Shown here: positions 30,162-40,385 of the stretch, in pieces
How positions within the stretch are numbered: the stretch's first letter is position 1
Layout of the letters: the number at the start of each line of letters is the position of its first letter
Assembly: GCA_000965745.1 (NCBI GenBank)
Contig: CP009479.1
Coordinates: 1,984,001 to 2,048,000 of the forward strand
Direction: 5' to 3'
Length of the DNA: 64,000 nt
From: an uncultured archaeon
GTDB taxonomy: Archaea > Thermoplasmatota > Thermoplasmata > Thermoplasmatales > Thermoplasmataceae
The notes under the pieces: model-generated
Told to the model about the DNA's origin: nothing
Databases searched by the model: none
What the model saw: only the letters and a program-made list of their open reading frames with translations
Translations under genes and position numbers: made by a program

Positions 30162-30593
30162 ATGACCAGAGTTATGGCAACTGGAGTCTTTGACATTATT
30201 CATCTCGGTCACATTCATTACCTCAGGGAATCCGGAAAGCTCGGAGATGAGCTCGTTGTAGTCGTGGCCAGGGATTCTACAGCAAAGAGAAATTCAAAAG
30301 ATCCCCTTTTCAACGAGGACATGAGGTTGCAGATCGTATCTGAGCTCAAGATTGTTGATAAGGCAATTCTCGGGCATGAGGGTGACATTTTTGCAACCGT
30401 GAGGGAAGTCGGCCCGGACATAATTACACTAGGTTATGATCAGCACTTCGACCCAAAAATCATCGAGGACCGGTGCCGTGAGATGGGCCTTGATACAAAG
30501 GTTGTGAGGGTCTCGAAATACAGCTCCGGACCGTTCGAAGGCTCCTCCCAGATAAGAAAAAAACTCCTGGAGAACATAGAAAGGGAAATCTGA
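30162..30593 (+). CDS. ribL: FAD synthase (cytidylyltransferase family)
   Basis: 'MATGVFDIIHLGH', 'VVVARD', 'ITLGYDQ'. Confidence 0.85.
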   Translation: MTRVMATGVFDIIHLGHIHYLRESGKLGDELVVVVARDSTAKRNSKDPLFNEDMRLQIVSELKIVDKAILGHEGDIFATVREVGPDIITLGYDQHFDPKIIEDRCREMGLDTKVVRVSKYSSGPFEGSSQIRKKLLENIEREI

Positions 30594-30668
30594 AAACTTC
30601 ACGAAACCATTTCCAAACACATATATTTTTAATCTCCTGTATTTTCATACCACAAGGCTGGTGGCAAA

Positions 30669-31277
30669 TTGAAAATATCAGACAATGTTGAGTTGATCCC
30701 GGGGACAATGGCTCATTCGTACAGTATAGTGGAAAACGGGAAGATATTCCTGGTGGATTCCGGAACAAAGGGATCGGGAAACAAGATTCTGAATTACTAC
30801 AGGGCGATCGGAAAAGAACCGGATTATATCCTGATCACACACTATCACATGGACCATATAGGCGGGCTGAACACGCTGATGGACAACTTTTACAGCGAAG
30901 TTTATGTCCCTTCGAGGGAGGTTGACATCATATCTGGAAAAAGTGGCTATCCTGAAGGGACTCCTGCTTTTCTGAGGCTGTTTACTAGAGTACCCGCCGC
31001 AAGACACCCTGAGCGCCTGAAAACTGCAGAATCCCTTGCAGCTTCCGGAGTTGAGGCAGTCAACACTGAGGGGCATACGCCGGGCAGCACATCATACTTC
31101 TTCCCCGAATTGGGTGCGCTATGTGTCGGTGACGCGCTTTACAACAGGAGAGGCAGTCTTGCAGTAAACACCATGTTTTCGCTGGACCTCAAAAAAGCTT
31201 CTGAAAGCAGGGAAAAGATACTTGGAATGAAGCCTGTCCTCATACTTCCGGGGCACGGAGACCCAATCAGGATTTGA
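30669..31277 (+). CDS. MBL-fold metallo-hydrolase
   Basis: 'THYHMDH', 'GHTPGS', 'GDA', 'PGHG'. Confidence 0.9.
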   Translation: MKISDNVELIPGTMAHSYSIVENGKIFLVDSGTKGSGNKILNYYRAIGKEPDYILITHYHMDHIGGLNTLMDNFYSEVYVPSREVDIISGKSGYPEGTPAFLRLFTRVPAARHPERLKTAESLAASGVEAVNTEGHTPGSTSYFFPELGALCVGDALYNRRGSLAVNTMFSLDLKKASESREKILGMKPVLILPGHGDPIRI

Positions 31278-32157
31278 GGCTTTTTCTCAGCTCGCCAAAA
31301 GTTGAGTGGACCTTGGCAAAGGCGTTGTGCGGGTGTATGCTCTCATCACTTTCCGAGGTTATCTCAACTCCATAGTCTTCAGGAAAATCGGGATAACTGA
31401 TCGCTATACTCTCCGCAACTTCGCGGACTATATCTTCCACAAATTTTGGATTCTTGTGTGCTTTATAAACGAGCTCGCCTTCGTCACGCCTCTTGAGGAC
31501 CGAAACCAGCGGACCATTGACGGGTTTTTCAGCAATATCAATGAGGTCATCGATCTCGAGCTGGTGGGCCCTGTCGGTTTGTATCACAACCGTAACCGTG
31601 TTTCTCTGGTTGTGGGTTATGCTTGGTATCTTTGCAAGTATGTCTCCCTCAAGGGGAAACTCTTCACCTGTCATCGCCCTTGTGGTCTCCATGGCACACG
31701 GGCAGGCGTTTATCCCATGAACGATGATGCCAATGCTGGTTACGGAAGAATCCTTTGAGGCAACTGATCTGGAAATTATCCGGTACTTCACCATATGCTT
31801 CTTGCCATCTTCCGGCGACCTCTCAGAAAAATAATCCGCCTCGAGGTGCACTTCTGATCTTGTGGAGTACGGGAACTTGGAAAGAACCTTTTCAGCTATA
31901 TCTTCGGCCAGGAATTCAACCCCGGAAACTTTGGCGGGCTGGTCTGTTACATTTTCAATTGCCTCTATCGTCCTTGACAGGTCGGCCCCCTTTCTGCTTG
32001 CCGGCACATCCACAAAAACATCTATTGTGGAATACAGGTGGATCTCACGCTCCCCTCTCCTTATAATAATAGGATAAAGAACACCTTTGACTCCAACTTT
32101 CTGTATGGCCATTGGAATGTCAGGCTTTGTTCCCTGAACATCCGGATATTTGATCAC
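31267..32157 (-). CDS. mptA: GTP cyclohydrolase MptA/FolE2
   Basis: 'PDVQ', 'ACPCA', 'THNQR', 'KRRDE', 'NPKFVED', 'ESIHPHNA'. Confidence 0.9.
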   Translation of the reverse strand: MIKYPDVQGTKPDIPMAIQKVGVKGVLYPIIIRRGEREIHLYSTIDVFVDVPASRKGADLSRTIEAIENVTDQPAKVSGVEFLAEDIAEKVLSKFPYSTRSEVHLEADYFSERSPEDGKKHMVKYRIISRSVASKDSSVTSIGIIVHGINACPCAMETTRAMTGEEFPLEGDILAKIPSITHNQRNTVTVVIQTDRAHQLEIDDLIDIAEKPVNGPLVSVLKRRDEGELVYKAHKNPKFVEDIVREVAESIAISYPDFPEDYGVEITSESDESIHPHNAFAKVHSTFGELRKSLKS

Positions 32158-32523
32158 TTATTGTGCCCCTTTTCCCGACTCCTGGTATTTCTGCTTGATG
32201 GTGTTCTCTATTTCCTTGTATTTGTCTTCCAGGTTTTTCTGCTGTTTTTCCAGGGTCTTTACTCTAATCTCGCTGAGCTCCTTCTGTTCAGAAAGGTCGT
32301 CTATGATCTTCTTCTTGTTATCGACTTTGTAAAGGACAGATCCAACACTCTTGTATACAGGGGTATTTTCTTCCACACCTTCAAGTTCCTTCAGCGTTTT
32401 TTCTATCTCTTTGATTCTGGCATCCAGCTGGTATCTCTGTGAAGCAACCTGCTCGATTTGAGACTCAAGCTGTTGCGCCTGCCTGATTTGATTCTGGATA
32501 TAATTACTTAAATTCTGATCCAA
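32158..32523 (-). CDS. pfdB: Prefoldin beta subunit
   Basis: Coiled coils flanking 'VYKSVGSVL'. Confidence 0.93.
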   Translation of the reverse strand: MDQNLSNYIQNQIRQAQQLESQIEQVASQRYQLDARIKEIEKTLKELEGVEENTPVYKSVGSVLYKVDNKKKIIDDLSEQKELSEIRVKTLEKQQKNLEDKYKEIENTIKQKYQESGKGAQ

Positions 32524-32754
32524 TTATTCTACCTCCTCAAATATCTTGTCAACTATGGTAAGCCACCTTGTGAGTGAGCCAATTGACGCTCTAAGCGATA
32601 CAGTATCAGGGGCTTCTATATAAATGTAAAAATTATCAGCGTCCTCCTCTATTCTTGTAGAGGATCTGCCAACATCTTCTTTCAGGTCCGGGGTTATTGA
32701 ATTGATATGCCCTTTGAATTCAGATTTTGGGAACTTTATCCTTACACTGAACAC
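32524..32754 (-). CDS. pcc1: KEOPS subunit Pcc1
   Basis: 'IEAPDTVSLRASIGSLTRW'; conserved position next to pfdB. Confidence 0.85.
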   Translation of the reverse strand: MFSVRIKFPKSEFKGHINSITPDLKEDVGRSSTRIEEDADNFYIYIEAPDTVSLRASIGSLTRWLTIVDKIFEEVE

Positions 32755-32877
32755 AACCGTGCATTATCCGGAGGGTAATTAATCAAGCGGTGGGCGTGGC
32801 CGGTTGACACTTGATGTATCTGCATACACACCTGCAGCTACAGTTAAGTTAATATCGCGTGCTCAGGATATCTGCAT

Positions 32878-33513
32878 ATGTTTGAACCTGTTACTAAGAA
32901 AATATTCAGGTGGGGGACGGTCGATCCTGAAATATCCATCATGATTTACGGCCACCTGCTTGTCAAGAATGGCTCTTCAGTTCTGGTAGACCCTCCCGCT
33001 GTTCCCGGGCTGGAAAAGATGGCAACAGTGCTTGGAAAACCGGAAGCAGTAATCATGACGAACTTCTCTCACACCAGGGGATGCGTGAAGGTTTCCAACA
33101 CCCTCGGGGTGCCATTGTACATACCTGATGTCCGGGGTTCCAGCGAACTGAAGCCGGAGGAGGAGATAAGGATTCATGGGCTTGGGGCTGGAATAAAGTA
33201 TGGTGAAAAAACGGAAATGCCGCTCGGACTGAAGGCGCATTACATTCGTGCTGAAATGCCGGACGGAAAACTATCAGTTGAGGAGATGGCCCTTCTGCAT
33301 GATGATTTCCTTGTTGTAGGGGATTCAGCATGGGGAATAGACGGGAAGCTGAACATATTCCCGACCGGTGTTAAGAAAGACGAGAAAGGAGAAATGGCTG
33401 AATCAACGCGGAAGGCTCTTGTTCCGGTAATCCGGAAGACAGGTGCCACCGGGCTTCTCTCCGGCCACATGGAGGATATAACAGAAGGCCTCCAGGGCAT
33501 GGTTGGCAAGTGA
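32878..33513 (+). CDS. Degenerate MBL-fold protein
   Basis: 'VLVDPP', 'MTNFSHTR', 'VGDS', 'LSGH'. Confidence 0.65.
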   Translation: MFEPVTKKIFRWGTVDPEISIMIYGHLLVKNGSSVLVDPPAVPGLEKMATVLGKPEAVIMTNFSHTRGCVKVSNTLGVPLYIPDVRGSSELKPEEEIRIHGLGAGIKYGEKTEMPLGLKAHYIRAEMPDGKLSVEEMALLHDDFLVVGDSAWGIDGKLNIFPTGVKKDEKGEMAESTRKALVPVIRKTGATGLLSGHMEDITEGLQGMVGK

Positions 33514-33589
33514 GGTGATCTGTTCACACCTCTGTCGGAGACTTTTGTACCAAGCGAAACCTTAAAGTTTTGAACAGCGTTAAGGGGTC

Positions 33590-33664
33590 GGGCTCGTGGC
33601 CTAGTATGGATAAGGCACCGTCCTTCTAAGTCGGTGATCGGGGGTTCAAATCCCTCCGGGCCCG
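33590..33664 (+). tRNA. tRNA-Arg(TCT)
   Basis: GGGCTCG/CGGGCCC acceptor stem, loop CT-TCT-AA, GTTCAAATCC; BRE/TATA 'CGAAACCTTAAAG' upstream. Confidence 0.93.
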
Positions 33665-33677
33665 CTTCCTTTTATTC

Positions 33678-34565
33678 TCATGGATCGAATGATCCTTGGC
33701 CGTTCAGCTCAACGTTTGTGTAGAACAGTTTCTTTCTCTTTGGAATCCGCCCTTCCGGCCTGCCATTCATATTGCTGTATTCTTCAGTGAATGAGGGGGG
33801 TCCGAAAATATCGAGCAGCCCGTCATGTTTAAAATCAAGGCTCATAAGGTACTTTCCTCTTATTTTTCGAAGCAGACTGCCGATATCTTCAAAATCTTTC
33901 CGCCCGAAATTGTAGTCATACCAGCCCTTGCCCGGGTATGGCGGATCAAGATAGAAAAAAGCATTGCCAGAATCATACCTGGTCATAAGTTCCCTGAAAT
34001 CCAAGTTCCTTATCTCCCATGACTTGGCTCTCCTCTGGACACTGAAGATAATTTCCATGGTCTTTTCCAGGTATCTGAAGACCGATTTTTCCCTTGATGT
34101 GCCGTAAGTATTGCCCATACCCCCGAAACTTGTGCTGAGGTTGAAAAGTGTGCGCATTGCCTTTTTGAAATCTGCATTTTCCGGCAGCACTGCAACTTCT
34201 TTATTGTCGCGATTCCCATGAGAACTGAGAACTTTATCGAGAACCAGGCCCCCATCCTTCCTGATGTAATCATTGAAGCTGGCAGAATCGATGCCGTCAC
34301 TCTTTCTCTCAATTTCTTCCAGGAAACTTGAAAGGAAGTCTGTAACTCCTTCAGGGGTTCTCCGGACAACTTCAAAAAGGTTGACCAGGTCCGGGTTGAG
34401 GTCATTATAGATCGTGTGCTGCGAGTCCACATTGAGGGAAACAGCCCCCGATCCGCCAAACACATCAACAAAGATTTTACATCCTGATCTGGCATAAATT
34501 TCCGTTATCTGCGGGAGCAGGGCAGTCTTAGCGCCGGGATACTTTATGAGTTTTAGGTAGGGCAT
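33678..34565 (-). CDS. Orphan Dam-like (D12 class) N6-adenine DNA methyltransferase
   Basis: 'KYPGAK', 'FVDVFGGSG', 'YNDLN', 'YLDPPY'. CAT at 34563-65 and TCA at 33678-80 show it is on the minus strand, although the track says '+'. Confidence 0.9.
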   Translation of the reverse strand: MPYLKLIKYPGAKTALLPQITEIYARSGCKIFVDVFGGSGAVSLNVDSQHTIYNDLNPDLVNLFEVVRRTPEGVTDFLSSFLEEIERKSDGIDSASFNDYIRKDGGLVLDKVLSSHGNRDNKEVAVLPENADFKKAMRTLFNLSTSFGGMGNTYGTSREKSVFRYLEKTMEIIFSVQRRAKSWEIRNLDFRELMTRYDSGNAFFYLDPPYPGKGWYDYNFGRKDFEDIGSLLRKIRGKYLMSLDFKHDGLLDIFGPPSFTEEYSNMNGRPEGRIPKRKKLFYTNVELNGQGSFDP

Positions 34566-34699
34566 TTACTCTGGTTCTGGCATTCAATTATGCGTATTAT
34601 ATTTAGCAGGTGAATCCATCGATTCTCATGGGGATCCAACCATTTTTAGAAACTTCTTAACGCTTATATACAGGACAGTAGCTAGCCAGAGGTTGAAGC

Positions 34700-36667
34700 A
34701 TGGCTGAGAAGGTTGGAATTGTTGGCGCGGGGACCATGGGTCACGGGATCGCGGAATTATGCGCTATCTCAGGATACGATGTTGTATTGGCAGATGTTGG
34801 CCATGAAATTCTCGAGAAGGCAATGGAGAAAATTCGCTGGAGCATCGGGAAACTGGAGTCGTCACGAGCCCTGGTTGAAAACCCCGGCATCATTCTTTCA
34901 AGGATAAGAACAACAACAGAACTGCGGGAACTGGCTGGCTCGAAGTACATAATAGAAGCTGTCAAGGAAAAGATAGAGGTCAAACGGCAGGTATTGCGCA
35001 AACTCGATTCCCTGATGGGGCCCGAATGCATTTTCTTCTCCAACACTTCAACGATCCCGATCACCGAACTGGCATCAATGACTGGCAGAGAGGAAATTTT
35101 CGCAGGCCTTCATTTCTCAAATCCGCCAGTTAAGAACCCTCTTGTTGAGGTAATCAGGGGAAAGAAGACATCGGCCCGGACGGTGGGTGAAGCCAGGTCC
35201 TTTGCCATCTCCCTCGGAAAGGAAGTCATAGTGGTGGATAAGGATCTGCCAGGCTTCCTGGTGAACAGGCTTAACGACAGGCTTTTCACGGAAGCGTTGC
35301 TGATGCTGGGCGAAGGCGTCACATTCCGGGAAATTGACGCGCTCCTTAGGTTCCGCATGAATTTTTCAATGGGAGTATTTGAGCTGATGGACTTCGTTGG
35401 AATAGACACAGTCCTTAACGCAAAGACTGAAATGATCGGCCATGGGTTTAACACATCGCCCTCTGAAAAACTATCCGGACTGGTGGAAAAAGGTATGCTT
35501 GGAATGAAGACCGGGAAGGGGTTTTACAAGTACCAGAAACCGAGCGTGTATTCCAGGCCACTAATCCAGCCGTCTGGCAGGATGTTCAGGGTCAACCCGG
35601 TAAGGCTGTTCGCAACGGTCATCAATGAAACAGCATGGATGATCAGGAACAAAGCCGCTTCTCCGGATGATATTGAGAAGGCAATGCTTCTTGCCATGAA
35701 CTGGCCGGAAGGCCCGCTTTCCATTGCAGATCGGCTTGGCATCGATAACATTGTGGGGGAACTTAACAGTCTTCACTCATCGACAGGCGAGTCACGGTAC
35801 ATTCCGGACTCACTGCTGCTTGAAAAACAGCGGCATGGCGATAACGGACTGCTTTCAGGAAAAGGTTTCAGGGAATGGCCCTTTGCAAGCGAAGACATCG
35901 GGCCGGTGAAATTCCAGAGGATCGACAGTTTCGCCCTTATAACTTTGAACAGGCCTGAAAAGCTAAACTCACTTTCAGAGGAGTTGTGGTCTGGGATTAG
36001 AATTGCTCTGGAGAAAGCATTGCAGGATCCAGACATCAGATCCGCCATAATAACGGGAGCAGGCAGGGCATTTTCCGCAGGGGACGATATTCAGATGATG
36101 AGGTCCTGGAAAGGGTCTGCCGATGCGAAAAGATGGTTGGACAAATATGCATCACCGCTCATCGATCTTCTTGCCTCATTTCCCAAGCCTCTGATATCAG
36201 CAGTAAACGGGGTGGCTTTCGGAGGTGGAGCTGAAATTAATCTCCTCTTTGATGTCGTAGTGGCAGCAGACAGTGCAGTATTCTCATTTTCAGAAAGCCT
36301 CATAGGCGCAATGCCGCCGATAGCATCTTCATTCGGGATCGCAGTCACTGGCAGAAGGCTCCTTCCGTATCTTCTCACAGGCGACTGGATGGCGCCGGAG
36401 AAGGCAAAGGAGCTTGGTCTGGTTGATGTTGTGACAGATGACGAAATGACATTAATGGTGGCAATGGAATATGCAAACAGGCTGTCCAGGGCGGCCCCGC
36501 TTTCCATTCAATCAATAAAATCTGTGGCAAACCTCCACAGAACAGGCGTCCAGCCGGAAGCAAGATTTTCCCAGAACGAACTGATAATTCTTTCTTCATC
36601 TGAAGACTTTGCTGAGGGGCAGGAGGCATTCCTTTCAAAAAGGAAGCCGGTGTGGGCCGGGCGGTAA
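34700..36667 (+). CDS. 3-hydroxyacyl-CoA dehydrogenase / enoyl-CoA hydratase fusion
   Basis: 'GAGTMGHGIA', 'SNTSTI', 'GLHFSNP'; crotonase motifs 'LNRPEKLN', 'FSAGDD', 'AFGGG'. Confidence 0.92.
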   Translation: MAEKVGIVGAGTMGHGIAELCAISGYDVVLADVGHEILEKAMEKIRWSIGKLESSRALVENPGIILSRIRTTTELRELAGSKYIIEAVKEKIEVKRQVLRKLDSLMGPECIFFSNTSTIPITELASMTGREEIFAGLHFSNPPVKNPLVEVIRGKKTSARTVGEARSFAISLGKEVIVVDKDLPGFLVNRLNDRLFTEALLMLGEGVTFREIDALLRFRMNFSMGVFELMDFVGIDTVLNAKTEMIGHGFNTSPSEKLSGLVEKGMLGMKTGKGFYKYQKPSVYSRPLIQPSGRMFRVNPVRLFATVINETAWMIRNKAASPDDIEKAMLLAMNWPEGPLSIADRLGIDNIVGELNSLHSSTGESRYIPDSLLLEKQRHGDNGLLSGKGFREWPFASEDIGPVKFQRIDSFALITLNRPEKLNSLSEELWSGIRIALEKALQDPDIRSAIITGAGRAFSAGDDIQMMRSWKGSADAKRWLDKYASPLIDLLASFPKPLISAVNGVAFGGGAEINLLFDVVVAADSAVFSFSESLIGAMPPIASSFGIAVTGRRLLPYLLTGDWMAPEKAKELGLVDVVTDDEMTLMVAMEYANRLSRAAPLSIQSIKSVANLHRTGVQPEARFSQNELIILSSSEDFAEGQEAFLSKRKPVWAGR

Positions 36668-36678
36668 AACTCTCTGGG

Positions 36679-36996
36679 CTACTCGGGCTCCTTTTCAGTT
36701 CCCTCTTTTTCTTCAGCTTTTTCGTGTTCCTTTTCTATCTCTTCTTCATTTATGATGTAGTAGAAATCTGATTGCTTGCCGTCAAAAATAAGCCTTTCTA
36801 TTATCTTCGCATCTTTCTTAAGGTCTCCAAGTACCCTGATAACAAGGTCCTTGTCAGGAATGTCTGTTTCATATGCGATCTCTGATGAGGTGAATGCCCT
36901 GTCTTTGTTTGTGTAGAGGAAGAACACTATCGATTCCATGGACTCCATGTACTTGTCGGTCCTCTGCTTGAAGAAACTGTCCTTTTTAATGGGCAT
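36679..36996 (-). CDS. Hypothetical protein, probable winged helix
   Basis: 'AFTSSEIAYET...VLGDLKK...FYYI' pattern, acidic tail. Confidence 0.6.
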   Translation of the reverse strand: MPIKKDSFFKQRTDKYMESMESIVFFLYTNKDRAFTSSEIAYETDIPDKDLVIRVLGDLKKDAKIIERLIFDGKQSDFYYIINEEEIEKEHEKAEEKEGTEKEPE

Positions 36997-37048
36997 CCGA
37001 CATCAATTATTCTGAGCCTTAATAATTATTTCTCGGTATGGCACGGAA

Positions 37049-37564
37049 TCAGGCGATTAAGTTAACTGAACCCATAGAGGAATCCGTCGAAACATCAATA
37101 AGTGAAATTCTGGAGATATAGGATTGACCGTTTGATTCTGTGAATATTATGGAGCTTGAAGAGGTCAGGAAACCACTGGCCCCGGAATACTGGACAGTGA
37201 GGTTCCCTGCAGTTCCATTGAATACTGTCATTGCACCACCTGGGGCCTGTTCGACCGAAAGCAGTGAGAATGAATAAACACCGGTGTTGCCCATCGTGAC
37301 CTGCACCTTGACATCATCTATCGAAACATTGTTGCTGACATAAGTCACAGATAAGGTATAAGACCCATTGATAAGGGAATTCTTCTGGGATGAATTGTTC
37401 ACCACCTTGATAGAAGCCGTGGGAGAAGGGTGAGGCAATCCGCCAAAATAGCTTCCCAGAACAGTATAAACTGACGCGGCAAGGGTAACAGTGATGGCTA
37501 TAAGCAGCACAGTCCCGATAATGGGGCTCACCGCTTTATCATTCTTGTACACTGTTTCCTTCAT
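37049..37564 (-). CDS. Archaeal type IV pilin
   Basis: Class III signal 'DKA|VSPIIGTVLLIAITVTLAA'. Confidence 0.88.
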   Translation of the reverse strand: MKETVYKNDKAVSPIIGTVLLIAITVTLAASVYTVLGSYFGGLPHPSPTASIKVVNNSSQKNSLINGSYTLSVTYVSNNVSIDDVKVQVTMGNTGVYSFSLLSVEQAPGGAMTVFNGTAGNLTVQYSGASGFLTSSSSIIFTESNGQSYISRISLIDVSTDSSMGSVNLIA

Positions 37565-37717
37565 CCGGATAACCATACAACAACCGTTGTATTATTATTT
37601 TTTCGCATGGACAGGAGTGAATGCGAAAAGGGAAATCCCACAGTGTGCCCCCATGAATATGGTTGCAAATCAAGCGTTATATATTTCGTGGCAATTCAGA
37701 AAAATCGGTTTTCGTAT

Positions 37718-38953
37718 ATGCCATATGAATATGCAGTAAGAAATCTGGACAGGAGGGTGTGGTATCTCAGTCTCGCCAGATTCATAAGGGCAATGGGCAG
37801 GGTTTCGTCATTCATTTTCCTGCCTCTGATCTTTGTGGCTGTGTACAACGTATCGTTCCTGGTTACAGGGCTTATACTCGGTGTGGCAACTCTTATACAG
37901 GCTGTCTTCCAGTATTTTTCCGGGATGTGGACCGACAGGGTAGGGCGAAGGATATTTCTGATAGTCATGCCGGTTCCGGTCATAGCTCTCTATTTTCTGA
38001 TGTACTTCATCGTATCAGATCATCTGCCATTCTACTATCTTGCGGCAGCATGGTACGGAACAATGATGGCAAACGCAATTCAGTTCCCGGCAATACAGGC
38101 TGCAGTTGCCGACCTTACTTCGGTGAGCTACAGGCTCTCCGGCTTTACTGTCTTGAGGGTTATGGCAAATCTTGGAGCAGCGGTTGGGCCTATTCTCGGC
38201 GGATTTCTTTCCATATACGGATTCCAGCTAATATTCCTCCTGGCAGGGATATCCACTGTTGCTGAAGTGTCCATACTGTACCTGTATGTCAGCGAAACCT
38301 ATTTCCCCCTTGATCCTTCGCCGGGACCGCATATAAAAGAGACCAAATTCGCGTACAGGGACCATTTTTTCCTTATTTTCACGATTGCAGGGATATTCTG
38401 GGGTTTCTTTTTGAGGCAGAATGGCCCCGCACTTACTCTTTATGTGTTCGACCTTCAGAACCTGCCTGTTCTGGATCTGGGGTTCATTTACGCCCTGAAC
38501 GGCACTCTGGTTGTTGCCCTCCAATTTCCGATACTGAGGCTGATCTCAAGGATCAGCACTCCTGTAATGTGGAGATCCGCAGGCGTGATTTTCTATGCTG
38601 CCGCATTCATCCTGCTGGCAGTTTCGAACCAGTTTCTCCTGTTCCTGCTGGTGATGGCAATAATGACCATAGGTGAGGATTTTGTTGCACCTACTACACA
38701 AACCATAATCACAACACTAGCTGCAGTTAACCTGAGGGGGACCTACATTGGCGTTTATAATCTCTATTCAAGCATAGGCAGGTTCTTCGGGGCTTTCATC
38801 GGCCTGGCCATGCTCTACTTCTTCAGAAACATAACCTCGAGCTTCTGGGTCTACGTCGCAATAGGGACGCTCGCCGTATCACTCTGGTATTTCTTGCTTA
38901 ACAGGCCTTTTATCAAGAGAATGGACGGCTCAGAGGAGACGACTGCAACTTAG
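37718..38953 (+). CDS. MFS transporter
   Basis: 'GMWTDRVGRR' motif A, about 12 TM. Confidence 0.88.
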   Translation: MPYEYAVRNLDRRVWYLSLARFIRAMGRVSSFIFLPLIFVAVYNVSFLVTGLILGVATLIQAVFQYFSGMWTDRVGRRIFLIVMPVPVIALYFLMYFIVSDHLPFYYLAAAWYGTMMANAIQFPAIQAAVADLTSVSYRLSGFTVLRVMANLGAAVGPILGGFLSIYGFQLIFLLAGISTVAEVSILYLYVSETYFPLDPSPGPHIKETKFAYRDHFFLIFTIAGIFWGFFLRQNGPALTLYVFDLQNLPVLDLGFIYALNGTLVVALQFPILRLISRISTPVMWRSAGVIFYAAAFILLAVSNQFLLFLLVMAIMTIGEDFVAPTTQTIITTLAAVNLRGTYIGVYNLYSSIGRFFGAFIGLAMLYFFRNITSSFWVYVAIGTLAVSLWYFLLNRPFIKRMDGSEETTAT

Positions 38954-39085
38954 CCAAGCAAAATTTTAATATGTGTATTATCACATACAATCTCAAAACA
39001 TAAGTGCATAATATGTACTTATGATCATCAGCCCCAATTCCTGCTTGTTAAGGAATATCTGGCAAAATTTTATATATTTTAGAGC

Positions 39086-40369
39086 ATGGTATGGATATTG
39101 ACGGATCTCGAAGGTAATGGTTCGAACAGAGTCGACAGCTTTATTACTGGCTTGTCTTCAGTTAACTTTGTCTTTGCATTCGCAATGAACCTTTTCAATT
39201 TCACCATACTTTACCTTCTGAGTGAATCGGGCATACCGGTGATATACGGTGGCCTGGGTATATCGGCCGGGCAGGCAATCCTGCTGTTTGCCGTTTTGCC
39301 CATGGGAAGGCTCATTGACAGAGGGAGGTCCTACATTCTCATGGCAACCGGGGCTGTTCTTTACGCAACTGTTCTTATACTCATATTCTTCACGTCATAT
39401 GCAGGGATTGCAGTCCTGGGGGCGGTACTTGCAGCTCTGGTGGCCGCTGTTCTGGTGTTCCAGAACATGTTCAAGTCCTCGCTTTCATCCTTCGTTGCCA
39501 AGGCGGTCAAGGCAAACATAATGGGCCGGAGCTATTCCAGGATAATATGGATGGAGACTGCCGGAGGCACGCTTTCCTTCTTCCTTGTTTACTTCGCTAG
39601 CAGCTACGTATCTATCCGACTGGTGTATCTGTTGATTGGTGTGATACTTCTTGCAGTTTCTGTATCGTCATTCACTTTCCTGACAAGGGAGAACAGAAAG
39701 GCCCTTAAACTGGATGAGAGCAGGGTCGTCAGGCCATCTTTCGCCGAAAGCATCAGGGCACTGATGAAAAGGGGGAGGTTCACCACTTCTCTCCTTTCTG
39801 TTAAGGTCCTGATGTCCGTAGGAGTGCTCGGTTTTTCTTACTTCTATCTCATAATAGGGAAGGGCCTTGGCGTCAGCGCTTACCTGTCTCTACTGATCCT
39901 CGGGGCAGCGAATGCCATAGGAATCGCATGGGGGGTTATTTCGGAAAGATTTGTGTCGAATCACCCGAACTGGGGGAAGTCGTATATTATCATAATGGCA
40001 CTTCTCGATGTTGTCTCGTACATCCTTATTCTCGCGTCCCTCCACAATGGAAACGTGTACCTGTTTCTTGCAGCACCGATTATAGGGAGTCCTGGCCCAT
40101 TCCTGATTCCAGGTGCACTCGCGTACGAGGTGAAGGTTGTGGGAAAAGAGAACAGGGGACTGTTCTCAGGGATACAGAGAACACTGACAGGCATTCCAGC
40201 TATCGCTCTTGGAGCCCCCCTGACCTATCTATTCACAGTAAACCCGTTTTATATGTGGAGCATCATAGTTGCCTCATCTCTCGCTACACTCGCATTCAGC
40301 CTGGCCATCCCCTCGAGGAAGTATCTTGAGGAGGAGTATGGGGTCCCGGAATCATCGGCTTCACAATGA
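39086..40369 (+). CDS. MFS transporter
   Basis: 'GRLIDRGRS', about 12 TM. Confidence 0.8.
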   Translation: MVWILTDLEGNGSNRVDSFITGLSSVNFVFAFAMNLFNFTILYLLSESGIPVIYGGLGISAGQAILLFAVLPMGRLIDRGRSYILMATGAVLYATVLILIFFTSYAGIAVLGAVLAALVAAVLVFQNMFKSSLSSFVAKAVKANIMGRSYSRIIWMETAGGTLSFFLVYFASSYVSIRLVYLLIGVILLAVSVSSFTFLTRENRKALKLDESRVVRPSFAESIRALMKRGRFTTSLLSVKVLMSVGVLGFSYFYLIIGKGLGVSAYLSLLILGAANAIGIAWGVISERFVSNHPNWGKSYIIIMALLDVVSYILILASLHNGNVYLFLAAPIIGSPGPFLIPGALAYEVKVVGKENRGLFSGIQRTLTGIPAIALGAPLTYLFTVNPFYMWSIIVASSLATLAFSLAIPSRKYLEEEYGVPESSASQ

Positions 40370-40385
40370 CGTCTTGAACCTGCTG

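Noticed and set aside
33678-34565. ORF track labels the Dam-like MTase as plus strand
   Set aside because: The protein MPYLKLIKYPG reads from CAT at 34565 on the reverse complement, so the label is wrong.
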